Assembly: GCF_900105015.1 (NCBI RefSeq)
Contig: NZ_FNLK01000012.1
Location: 180,001-212,000, forward strand
Reading direction: 5' to 3'
DNA from: Schaalia meyeri
GTDB lineage: Bacteria > Actinomycetota > Actinomycetes > Actinomycetales > Actinomycetaceae
Length of the DNA: 32,000 nt
Part shown: one piece after another, positions 16,778 to 24,069 of the stretch
How the letters are laid out: the number at the start of each line of letters is the position of its first letter
Position numbering within the stretch: position 1 is the first letter of the stretch
Made by a program: the position numbers and the translations under genes
The notes under the pieces: generated by a model
Database searches by the model: none
Seen by the model: only the letters and a program-made list of their open reading frames with translations
Told to the model about the DNA's origin: nothing

Positions 16778-16809
16778 GGCCGCCCGCCCCCCGGTGGGGG
16801 CGGGCGGCC
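16778..16809 (-). terminator. Hairpin terminator downstream of fba
   Basis: GGCCGCCCGCCCCC (16778-16791), loop CGGT, GGGGGCGGGCGGCC (16796-16809). On the minus strand it is followed by TTGTTGTGTGT. Confidence 0.8.
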
Positions 16810-16847
16810 AGGCGCGTCAGGCCGCTAGGCGGCAATCAGCGAAACGT

Positions 16848-17873
16848 TCAGCGCATCTGGGTGCCGGTGGCCCCCAGGCGCTCGCATGCCTCGACGACGC
16901 GGGCAGCCATGCCGGCCTCGGCGGCCTTGCCCCACGTGCGCGGGTCGTACTGCTTCTTGATGCCGACCTCGCCGTCGATCTTGAGGACGCCCTCGTAGTT
17001 GCGCAGCATGTGGTCGACGACCGGGCGGGTGAACGCGTACTGGGTGTCGGTGTCGACGTTCATCTTGATGACGCCGTTGGCGACAGCGGTCGCGATCTCC
17101 TCGGCGGTCGAGCCGGAGCCGCCGTGCATGACCAGGTCGAAGGGGCGGCGATCCAGGCCGTAGTGGGCGGCGACCTCTTCCTGGATGGTGCCCAGCAGCT
17201 CGGGACGCAGCTTGACGTGGCCGGGCTTGTAGGCGCCGTGCACGTTGCCGAAGGTCAGGGCCGTGAGGTAGCGGCCGTTCTCACCCAGGCCCAGGGCCTC
17301 GACGGTCTTGATGCCGTCCGCGGTGGAGGTGTATAGCTTCTCGTTGATCTCGCCGACGACGCCGTCTTCTTCGCCGCCGACCGCGCCGACCTCGATCTCG
17401 AGGATGGTGTGGGCCTTGACGGACAGGGCGAGCAGCTCCTTAGCGATCTCGAGGTTCTCGTCGAGGTCGATGGCGGAGCCGTCCCACATGTGGGACTGGA
17501 AGGTGGGGAGCTTGCCTTCGGCGACCTGGCCTGCCTCGATCTCGAGGAGGGGGCGGACCCAGGAGTCGATGTTCTGCTTCGCGCAGTGGTCGGTGTGCAG
17601 CGCGACGGTGATGCCGTAGTTCTTGGCAACCTCGGTCGCGTAGGCCGCGAGGGCCAGGGAGCCGGTGACGCGGTTCTTGATGGTGGAGCCGGAGCCGTAC
17701 TCGGCGCCGCCGACGGACACCTGGAGGATACCGTCGGACTCGGCCTCTGCGAAGCCCTGGAGGGCGGCGGTGATGGTCTGGGAAGAGGTCACATTGATCG
17801 CGGGGTAGGCGAACTTGCCGTCCCTGGCGCGATTGAGCATCTCTGCGTAGACCTCGGGGGTTGCGATAGGCAC
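16848..17873 (-). CDS. fba: Class II fructose-1,6-bisphosphate aldolase, 341 aa
   Basis: (M)PIATPEVYAEMLNRARDGKFAYPAINVTSS...HTDHC...HGGSG. The GTG start at 17873 has a strong SD AGGAGG 6 nt upstream. Confidence 0.96.
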   Translation of the reverse strand: MPIATPEVYAEMLNRARDGKFAYPAINVTSSQTITAALQGFAEAESDGILQVSVGGAEYGSGSTIKNRVTGSLALAAYATEVAKNYGITVALHTDHCAKQNIDSWVRPLLEIEAGQVAEGKLPTFQSHMWDGSAIDLDENLEIAKELLALSVKAHTILEIEVGAVGGEEDGVVGEINEKLYTSTADGIKTVEALGLGENGRYLTALTFGNVHGAYKPGHVKLRPELLGTIQEEVAAHYGLDRRPFDLVMHGGSGSTAEEIATAVANGVIKMNVDTDTQYAFTRPVVDHMLRNYEGVLKIDGEVGIKKQYDPRTWGKAAEAGMAARVVEACERLGATGTQMR

Positions 17874-18028
17874 TTGGAGCCTCCTAATCGAGTGACAGTT
17901 GTGTCGTGTCGTATTCTCTCACATTTTGCAAGAGCCGGAAGGGGATGGAAGTCCCGCGCAAACGGCATCAGTATCGTCCTCTCTCCTCCTCCAAGCCTCG
18001 GCCGGAGCCTTAGCCACGAGGCGATCGT

Positions 18029-18730
18029 TCAGGACTCACCCGTGGCTTCCAGGCGTGACGCGTGCGCCCACATGACGATCGCAGCGGCGTGCCCCACGTT
18101 CATCGAGCGCGTCGACCCCCGCTGGGTGATCGCGACGACGATATCGCAGGCGGCCAGCATGTCTTCGCTCAGGCCAAAGGCCTCGGACCCGAATACCAGG
18201 CACGCCTCGTCGGGCAGGACCGCCCCCTCCAGCGCGACGGAATCTTCCACATTGTCCACCCCCACGAGCGACAGCCCGACCCGCGCGCAGTACCGCGCCA
18301 ACTCACCGGCGTCCTCGCGGTGATCCACCGGCAGGTAACGGTCCGTTACCATCGCGCCGCGACGGTTCCACCTCCTGCGCCCCACCACGTGCACGCGGCG
18401 CGCGCCCAGAGCGTTCGCGGTACGAACGATCGACCCGATGTTGAAGTCGTGATCGAGATTCTCCACGGCCACCTCAAAGGGCAGCGACCGGGCGGCAACG
18501 TCCGCGCGAATCGCGTCCATGGACCAATACCGGTACCGATCCTCCACGTTGCGCCGATCCCCGCGCTCCAGCAGGTCCCGGTCGTAGCGATCGCCGCTGG
18601 GCCACGCGGCCCGCCCACCCGGCCACGGGCCAACCCCCACCCGGGGCACGCACGCCGCCCCGGCCTCGTCCGCTAAAGCTTGCCCAATGGTCGCACGCGC
18701 GATGTCACATCCGTTTTCGTTCTCGCTCAC
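18029..18730 (-). CDS. TrmH/SpoU-family RNA 2'-O-methyltransferase, ~233 aa
   Basis: SpoU motifs NIGSIVRTANALG, LVFGSEAFGLSEDML and SMNVGHAAAIVMW. The ORF-track version (to 19030) overlaps the opposite-strand HAD gene. I place the start at GTG 18730; the alternative is ATG 18766. Confidence 0.8.
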   Translation of the reverse strand: MSENENGCDIARATIGQALADEAGAACVPRVGVGPWPGGRAAWPSGDRYDRDLLERGDRRNVEDRYRYWSMDAIRADVAARSLPFEVAVENLDHDFNIGSIVRTANALGARRVHVVGRRRWNRRGAMVTDRYLPVDHREDAGELARYCARVGLSLVGVDNVEDSVALEGAVLPDEACLVFGSEAFGLSEDMLAACDIVVAITQRGSTRSMNVGHAAAIVMWAHASRLEATGES

Positions 18731-18737
18731 GGACCCC

Positions 18738-18743
18738 ACCCTA
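18738..18743 (-). promoter_or_regulatory. -10-like TAGGGT, 7 nt upstream of GTG 18730 (leaderless layout)
   Basis: The minus strand reads TAGGGT-ggggtcc-GTG. Confidence 0.35.
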
Positions 18744-18752
18744 GCGGGACCG

Positions 18753-18758
18753 TAGAAT
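18753..18758 (+). promoter_or_regulatory. -10-like TAGAAT, 6 nt upstream of ATG 18765 (leaderless layout)
   Basis: TAGAAT-gggggc-ATG, with no SD. Confidence 0.5.
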
Positions 18759-18764
18759 GGGGGC

Positions 18765-19586
18765 ATGACTGCCCTCACGCACGCTCCAAAAGCACTGACC
18801 GACCTGCCTCCCGTGACCGCCTGGCTCTCTGACATGGACGGCGTCCTGGTGAAGGAGAATCGCGCGCTGCCCGGCGCGAACGAGTTCCTCGCGGCACTGC
18901 GCGACAAGAGCTTCCCCTTCCTGGTTCTCACCAACAATTCGGTGTTCACCAACCGTGACCTGTCTGCGCGCCTGGCGAACTCGGGCCTGGACATTCCCGA
19001 GGACAACATCTGGACCTCCGCGAATGCCACCGCCGCCTTCCTACAGCAGCAGTCGCCCGGCTCGACCGCCTACGTCATCGGCGAGGCCGGCCTGACCACC
19101 GCGATCCACGCAGCGGGCTACGTCATGACCGAGACAGACCCCGAATACGTGGTACTCGGCGAGGTGCGTTCCTACGATTTTCGCGCGCTGACGCACGCGA
19201 TCCGCCTCATTGAGGGCGGCGCGAAGTTTATCGCCACGAACCCCGACGTGTCGGGTCCCTCCGACGAGGGCACCCTGCCGGCGTGCGGTGCCATCGCCGC
19301 GATGATCACGGCGGCGACCGGCCAGCGCCCCTATTTCGTGGGCAAGCCAAACCCCGTCATGATCCGGGCCGGCCTGAACAAGATTGGCGCCCACTCGGAG
19401 AGCGCCGCCATGGTCGGTGACCGCATGGACACGGACGTGCGAGCCGGCGTCGAAGCCGGCCTGCGCACCCACCTGGTTCTGTCCGGTTCCACCGCGCGCG
19501 ACGACATCTGCAACTACCCGTTCCGCCCCTTTGGCATCCACGAGGGCATCGGTCAGCTCGTGGAGCTGGTCGATGCGGCGCGCTGA
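18765..19586 (+). CDS. HAD-IIA family hydrolase (NagD-like), 273 aa
   Basis: LSDMDGVLV (DxD nucleophile motif), LTNNS, GKPNP and GDRMDTDV. Confidence 0.88.
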   Translation: MTALTHAPKALTDLPPVTAWLSDMDGVLVKENRALPGANEFLAALRDKSFPFLVLTNNSVFTNRDLSARLANSGLDIPEDNIWTSANATAAFLQQQSPGSTAYVIGEAGLTTAIHAAGYVMTETDPEYVVLGEVRSYDFRALTHAIRLIEGGAKFIATNPDVSGPSDEGTLPACGAIAAMITAATGQRPYFVGKPNPVMIRAGLNKIGAHSESAAMVGDRMDTDVRAGVEAGLRTHLVLSGSTARDDICNYPFRPFGIHEGIGQLVELVDAAR

Positions 19587-19610
19587 CCCACCGGCACGGA
19601 AGGAATACCT

Positions 19611-20180
19611 ATGACCAACGATTCCCACAAGGCGCGCCTGGCCACGCTGGTGAAGGAGCTTTCCGTCACCCCAGGAAAGATCGCCCCGGCCCCTGGCAGC
19701 GACTCCGATTTCTGCGTGGATATGCGCCGCTCGACCCTGCACCACGAGGGCGCTCCCCTCATCGGGCACGTCATGTTGGATCTCCTGGAGGAATCAGGCT
19801 TCGCGGTCGGCGAGGAATACGTGGCGGTCGGCGGCCTGACCAAAGGCGCCGATCCGGTTGCGACCGCGATGCTGCACGCCGCCGCGTCGCGGGGCCTGGA
19901 TCTGGATGCCTTCGTCGTGGGTGAGGCCGCGACGGGTCACGGCGTACAGGGCCGCATCGAGGGCCCGGATGTGGCGGGCAAGAACGTCGTGGTCCTTGGG
20001 GATACGTCTACGACCGGCGGCTCTTTGCTGGAGGCCGCGCTTACGCTGTGTGAGGCGGGCGCGAACGTCGTCGCTCTCGCCGTCATCGTCGATCGTGCTG
20101 CCGGCGCGAAGGAACGCATCGAGGCCGCGGGCTTCCCGTACTTTTACGCGCTGGATCCAGGCGATATCGGCCTGGCTTAG
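19611..20180 (+). CDS. pyrE: Orotate phosphoribosyltransferase homologue (type I PRTase) with atypical active-site residues, 189 aa
   Basis: Collinear with actinobacterial PyrE as I recall it: VDMRRSTLHH, GGLTKGADPVATA and a PRPP loop VVVLGDTSTTGGS. SD GGAAGGAA is present. See the finding on the substituted flexible loop. Confidence 0.8.
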   Translation: MTNDSHKARLATLVKELSVTPGKIAPAPGSDSDFCVDMRRSTLHHEGAPLIGHVMLDLLEESGFAVGEEYVAVGGLTKGADPVATAMLHAAASRGLDLDAFVVGEAATGHGVQGRIEGPDVAGKNVVVLGDTSTTGGSLLEAALTLCEAGANVVALAVIVDRAAGAKERIEAAGFPYFYALDPGDIGLA

Positions 20181-20200
20181 CTTTTCCCGCCACGAGGCCT

Positions 20201-20225
20201 GGGTCGGGTTCGGCGAACCCGACCC
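20201..20225. terminator. Bidirectional hairpin between convergent pyrE-like and SDR genes
   Basis: GGGTCGGGTT-CGGCG-AACCCGACCC. Confidence 0.6.
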
Positions 20226-20244
20226 CGCATCGGGTGGGCGCTGG

Positions 20245-21033
20245 TCAGATGTGGGGCACGGCCCGCATGGCGCGCGCGGTCACCCAGCGCGGAGCGATCT
20301 TCATGGCGCCCATGGCGATCTTGTAGGGCACCGTGGGGGTGACCTGGATGCGCCCGGCGCGCACGGCTTGAAGGGCCGCGGTGACGACCTGCTCGGTGGA
20401 TGCCATGAGCCAGGAGGGCGTGGCGCTCATGTCGACGCCGGCCCGCTCGAAGAATGGCGTGTTGACGGGTCCGGGGCACACGACGGTGGCGGTAATGCCT
20501 GAACCCGCCAGTTCGGCGGCCAGGCCCTCGGTGAAGGCCACGACCCAAGCCTTGTGCGCGGAGTATGTTCCGGCGCCGGTGCGCGAGGCGACGGAGCCGA
20601 CGTTGAGAATGGCGCCGCGCCCACGTGAGCGCATCGAGACGCCTGCGTGGTGGGACAGGATCATGATGGCTCGGACCATGACGTCCAATCCCGCCAGTTC
20701 GGCGTCCAGGGTATTGTCCAGGAACTCGGTGCCCAGGCCGAAACCCGCGTTGTTCACGAGCAGGTCGACGGGCGCCAGGTCCGGCTTGTCGCGGTCTGCG
20801 GGGCCGCCCACGTCGAGGCGGGAGGCCAGGCGCTCGCAGCCCCCAGCCGTGGAGAGATCGGCGGCGATCGTCTCGGCGCGCACGCCGGCGACGTTTGTCA
20901 GCGAGGTCGCCAGAGCTCGCAGCGCGTCCTCGTGGCGCGCTGCGAGAACCAGGTCGTGGCCTGCGGCGGCCAGCTGCCAACAGAATTCTTCACCTATTCC
21001 GGAGGTTGCTCCGGTGACGAGTGCTGTTCCCAT
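20245..21033 (-). CDS. Short-chain dehydrogenase/reductase (classical SDR), 262 aa
   Basis: TGATSGIG, NNAG and the S...YSAHK catalytic motif. The start is ATG 21033 within ORF 20245..21306, supported by TACACT-N6-ATG. The alternative is ATG 21054. Confidence 0.88.
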   Translation of the reverse strand: MGTALVTGATSGIGEEFCWQLAAAGHDLVLAARHEDALRALATSLTNVAGVRAETIAADLSTAGGCERLASRLDVGGPADRDKPDLAPVDLLVNNAGFGLGTEFLDNTLDAELAGLDVMVRAIMILSHHAGVSMRSRGRGAILNVGSVASRTGAGTYSAHKAWVVAFTEGLAAELAGSGITATVVCPGPVNTPFFERAGVDMSATPSWLMASTEQVVTAALQAVRAGRIQVTPTVPYKIAMGAMKIAPRWVTARAMRAVPHI

Positions 21034-21039
21034 GGGGGA

Positions 21040-21045
21040 AGTGTA
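21040..21045 (-). promoter_or_regulatory. -10-like TACACT, 6 nt upstream of ATG 21033 (leaderless layout)
   Basis: The minus strand reads TACACT-tccccc-ATG. Confidence 0.4.
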
Positions 21046-21070
21046 ACCCGGCATATCGCGGGTGGCACGA

Positions 21071-21108
21071 GGCTGGGGCGGGGCGCTAGGTAGCGCCCCG
21101 CCCCAGCC
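21071..21108 (-). terminator. Hairpin terminator downstream of the surface-protein gene
   Basis: GGCTGGGGCGGGGCGCTA pairs with TAGCGCCCCGCCCCAGCC, an 18-nt perfect inverted repeat. Confidence 0.75.
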
Positions 21109-21115
21109 AGGTGTG

Positions 21116-23929
21116 TCATCGGGTGCGGATGAGGTATCCCGCTCCGCCGCCCGCGAGTGCGGCCGGGATGACGAGGAGCGTGAGCCAGTAGGGGCTCCAG
21201 CCGCGCGTGCGCCCCAGCTCGGCTGACGCGGCGACGGGCAGAGGGTTGGCCGCATCATTCGCGCCGTCCATGGGGGAATCGGTCGCGCCGCTCTGAGCAG
21301 ACTCACCGCTCATCGCGCCGCTCTGTGAGCTGGACGTGGAACCGTTTGCCTGGGTTGTGCCCGCCGATGGTGCCGCCTTGGGGGAGGTGACCGGCGTGCC
21401 CCCCGAGGAGTTGCCGGTCGCGGGCGCGGCGCCCGTCGACGTATTCGTTCGCGAGGAGTTCGCGCCGGAACCGGCGGAGGCGGGCGTGCGGTTCGTCGTG
21501 TTCGAGGTCTGGGTGCCTCCCGCGTTGGTGCGTCCTGCGTTTCCGGGGGGCGCGACGGGACCGGTGCGCGGAGCCGCAGGCGGAGCCGGGGCATTGGTGG
21601 GGGTCGGCGCGGGCGCTGGGTCCGCCCCCGGGGCCGGATTGGGCGCGGGGTCGGGTGTCGGGGCGGGGCTGGGGTCGGGTGTCGGGGCGGGACCGGGCGA
21701 TGGGCTGGGTTCGGGCTGGGGGCTCGGTCCGGGGGACGGGGTATCCGATTCGTGGCCCGATCGCACGACCACCGTGAAGCTCTGCGGTTCAACGAGCTTA
21801 CGGTCTCCGCTGCGCGCGCCCACCTCAATGCGGTAGGTTCCGGGCGCGCTGAAGACCCAGTTGCCGTGCATGTGGGTGGCTTCCTTCGTGCGAACGATGC
21901 CGTCGCCCTTGGTCGAATCGAAGTGGACCTTTGCGCTGCTGCCGAAGGTTCCCCCCTGGAAGAAGGCGGCGCGCGCGCCCTCGGGCGCCTCGGCGAGGTG
22001 CAGGGTGAGATCGGCGCCGTCGCCCAGGGCGGCATAGTCGATCCCCTCGGTGGACAGGCCGGGCCAGACGATGTCGCTCTTTTGTGTTTCGGGCAGGACG
22101 TAGGTCGCTGTCCCGACCGGGCCGAGGACGTCGTAGCTGGGGTCGGAAAGGGAAGCGGGCCGCACGAATCGGGCGTTGGGTCCGACTCCGAGGGTCGTGG
22201 AGGACAGGGTGCGCAGGACGGAGGTGCGCGCCGCGGTCAGGGAGTCATCCTTGATGGCCAGCCCGTAGGTCGTGCCCGACTTGCCGGTGTCCTGGGTGAG
22301 GCGCACGTCCAGGTGGCCGCTCGCGATCTTAACGGGATCGTTCAGGAGGGGCGAGGACGGGCCCGGGTTTTGCCCTTCTCCGGGACCGGGGCTGGGGCTG
22401 GGATCGGGCGTGGGGGTGGGAGCGGGGTTGGGTTCGTCCGGGCTGGGCGTTCCGGCGCGCATCTTGAGGGTGGCCGTGAGGCCGACGTGCTCGCCAACGG
22501 TGACGTTGCTGGCCTCAGCGACAGTCATGACCGCGTCGGAGAGGGGGTGGGGACGCAGGGTGACGCGCATGTACATGGGTTGTCCCTGGCACACGCCGAG
22601 ATCCTGGGGTTTGCTGTCGGTTCCCCCCGCTCCGAGGGTGCCCTCCATGGAGCACCAGGGGCTGAAGTCGTTCTTGGATTCGAGGAACTCGATCTTGTAG
22701 GTGGCCCGCAGGTTCGGGTCGGCCGCGCGCACGGTGGCCATGTACTGGTCTTTCGTGCCGGGCTTCAGGTCGTAAGAGACGTCGACGCGGCGCGAGGAGA
22801 CGGGCAGCCTGTCGGGATTCCAGGTGGGGGCGGGATCCGGGTTGGAGGGGCCGTGGATGCTGTCGCCGCCGCCGACGGTGACGGGCTCCGTGTTCTTCTG
22901 CGAGTACTGTGCCGCCTGAGAGATCCACCGGGCCGAGGAGGAGTCCCCCGGAATGTAGATCGCCTGGACGGCGGCGGCGTCCGCTCCGAGCAGCTCGGAC
23001 ACTTGAGCTCGCCCGCCCTGGACTGGAACCTCGGTCAGGAAGTAGCCGTTGACGGTGACCCACGCGCGCCCGCTGTCGGTGGCGACGCCCGTGTCGATGG
23101 TGATGTCGGTGAGGTGGTTATCGCCGGGGTGGGCGCGCTGCGTGTGCGGGGCGAGGGTCAGGGTGGGGGTGGCCGCCTCGCTGTCGGCCCGGGCGGCGCG
23201 CGCGTTGTCGTAGGCGGAGGCGATGTCCTTGATGGTCCCCTCGGAGGGGTTTTCCCCTCCGACCTGCCAGACCAGCGGGGTGAGTGGCGAGGAGTAGATC
23301 GCGGTCCCGTCGGCGCTGCGCGCGGTCATCTTGTAGGTGGCGACGTAGCGGCCGGGCTGCGTGAAGGTGGTGTAGAGGTGGGTGTGGCGGGGGTTGTAGA
23401 CGCTGCGGTAGGCGGTGTCGTGGCTGGAGAGGAAGCGGTTAACGCTGTCTCCGTTATCGATGAACATCTCCATGCGTCCGGGACCGTCGACGCTCACGAG
23501 GTCCAGCGTGTAGGTTTCGCCTTCGAACTTGTCGGTGCTTCCGATTTCACCGGCGCCCAGGCCCGCCCAGATTGGCGTGTTGCCGGGACCGGGGTTCTGC
23601 GGAGCGGCGTTCAGCACGGTTCCTTCGGCACCGAGGAAGGACAGGTCGGGTCGCCCGGCGGGTACGGCGAGCTGCGACTTCGCCTCGTCCCTGTCGCTGG
23701 TTCCGGTCCATGCCTTGGGGAGCCACAGGACCGTTTTCTCCATCGGCATGTTGATGGTGTTGAGGGTAAAGCTGGAGGTGTCGTCGTGCCAGATGGGAAT
23801 GGGGGCGTCAACGTGTTGTCGGGTGACGATCCAATCCTTGTCCTGATCCGGCCCTGCCCATGCGGTCGTGGGGGCCAGTGCCAGGAACAGGGCGACAGCT
23901 GCTGTGCTAACGCGTCGCAGGTATGACAT
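21116..23929 (-). CDS. Secreted, C-terminally membrane-anchored surface protein with two choice-of-anchor-M (TIGR03769-like) domains and a long P/T/S/A-rich stalk, 937 aa
   Basis: Signal peptide MSYLRRVSTAAVALFLALAPTTAWA. Domain 1 reads IVTRQHVDAPI...LSFLGAEG...IWAG...VDGPGRMEMF...RHTHLYTTFTQPGRYV. Domain 2 reads IASGHLDVRL...VLPETQ...VWPGLSTEG...THMHGNWVFSAPGTYRI. The PSPGPSPQPEPSPSPGPAPTP... stalk is followed by a terminal TM helix plus RTR. The start is ATG 23929 with SD GAAGAGG. Confidence 0.85.
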   Translation of the reverse strand: MSYLRRVSTAAVALFLALAPTTAWAGPDQDKDWIVTRQHVDAPIPIWHDDTSSFTLNTINMPMEKTVLWLPKAWTGTSDRDEAKSQLAVPAGRPDLSFLGAEGTVLNAAPQNPGPGNTPIWAGLGAGEIGSTDKFEGETYTLDLVSVDGPGRMEMFIDNGDSVNRFLSSHDTAYRSVYNPRHTHLYTTFTQPGRYVATYKMTARSADGTAIYSSPLTPLVWQVGGENPSEGTIKDIASAYDNARAARADSEAATPTLTLAPHTQRAHPGDNHLTDITIDTGVATDSGRAWVTVNGYFLTEVPVQGGRAQVSELLGADAAAVQAIYIPGDSSSARWISQAAQYSQKNTEPVTVGGGDSIHGPSNPDPAPTWNPDRLPVSSRRVDVSYDLKPGTKDQYMATVRAADPNLRATYKIEFLESKNDFSPWCSMEGTLGAGGTDSKPQDLGVCQGQPMYMRVTLRPHPLSDAVMTVAEASNVTVGEHVGLTATLKMRAGTPSPDEPNPAPTPTPDPSPSPGPGEGQNPGPSSPLLNDPVKIASGHLDVRLTQDTGKSGTTYGLAIKDDSLTAARTSVLRTLSSTTLGVGPNARFVRPASLSDPSYDVLGPVGTATYVLPETQKSDIVWPGLSTEGIDYAALGDGADLTLHLAEAPEGARAAFFQGGTFGSSAKVHFDSTKGDGIVRTKEATHMHGNWVFSAPGTYRIEVGARSGDRKLVEPQSFTVVVRSGHESDTPSPGPSPQPEPSPSPGPAPTPDPSPAPTPDPAPNPAPGADPAPAPTPTNAPAPPAAPRTGPVAPPGNAGRTNAGGTQTSNTTNRTPASAGSGANSSRTNTSTGAAPATGNSSGGTPVTSPKAAPSAGTTQANGSTSSSQSGAMSGESAQSGATDSPMDGANDAANPLPVAASAELGRTRGWSPYWLTLLVIPAALAGGGAGYLIRTR

Positions 23930-23958
23930 GCGGGTGCCTCTTCTAGCTATGTTGTAGG

Positions 23959-23973
23959 TGAGAATCATTATCA
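23959..23973. promoter_or_regulatory. Fur-family (Zur/Fur-type) 7-1-7 operator overlapping the surface-protein promoter
   Basis: TGAGAAT-C-ATTATCA matches the 7-1-7 Fur-box consensus TGATAAT-N-ATTATCA at 14/15. The dyad extends to AGGTGAGAATCATTATCACTT. A minus-strand -10-like GATAAT lies inside the box, 30-45 nt upstream of ATG 23929. Confidence 0.65.
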
Positions 23974-24057
23974 CTTAGAATTGGCTCTCGCACAACTCCG
24001 TGTTTCACACATGTTTCACGACAGAGTTTCGCCGCGCACCCCTTCGCCGCACCCCGA

Positions 24058-24063
24058 TAGGCT
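24058..24063 (+). promoter_or_regulatory. -10-like TAGGCT, 6 nt upstream of xthA ATG (leaderless layout)
   Basis: TAGGCT-ctcacc-ATG(24070), with no SD. Confidence 0.45.
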
Positions 24064-24069
24064 CTCACC

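Noticed and set aside
18731-19030. A 100-aa N-terminal extension of the TrmH-like ORF.
   Set aside because: It overlaps the opposite-strand HAD-IIA gene, which has clear motifs. The extension has no SpoU-related sequence, and a downstream GTG with a -10-like hexamer explains the gene better.
21116-21260. A possible sortase (LPXTG) signal at the C-terminus of the surface protein.
   Set aside because: The segment before the terminal TM helix reads ANPLPVAASAELGRTRG with no LPXTG, LAXTG or LPXTA pattern. I therefore call it TM-anchored only.
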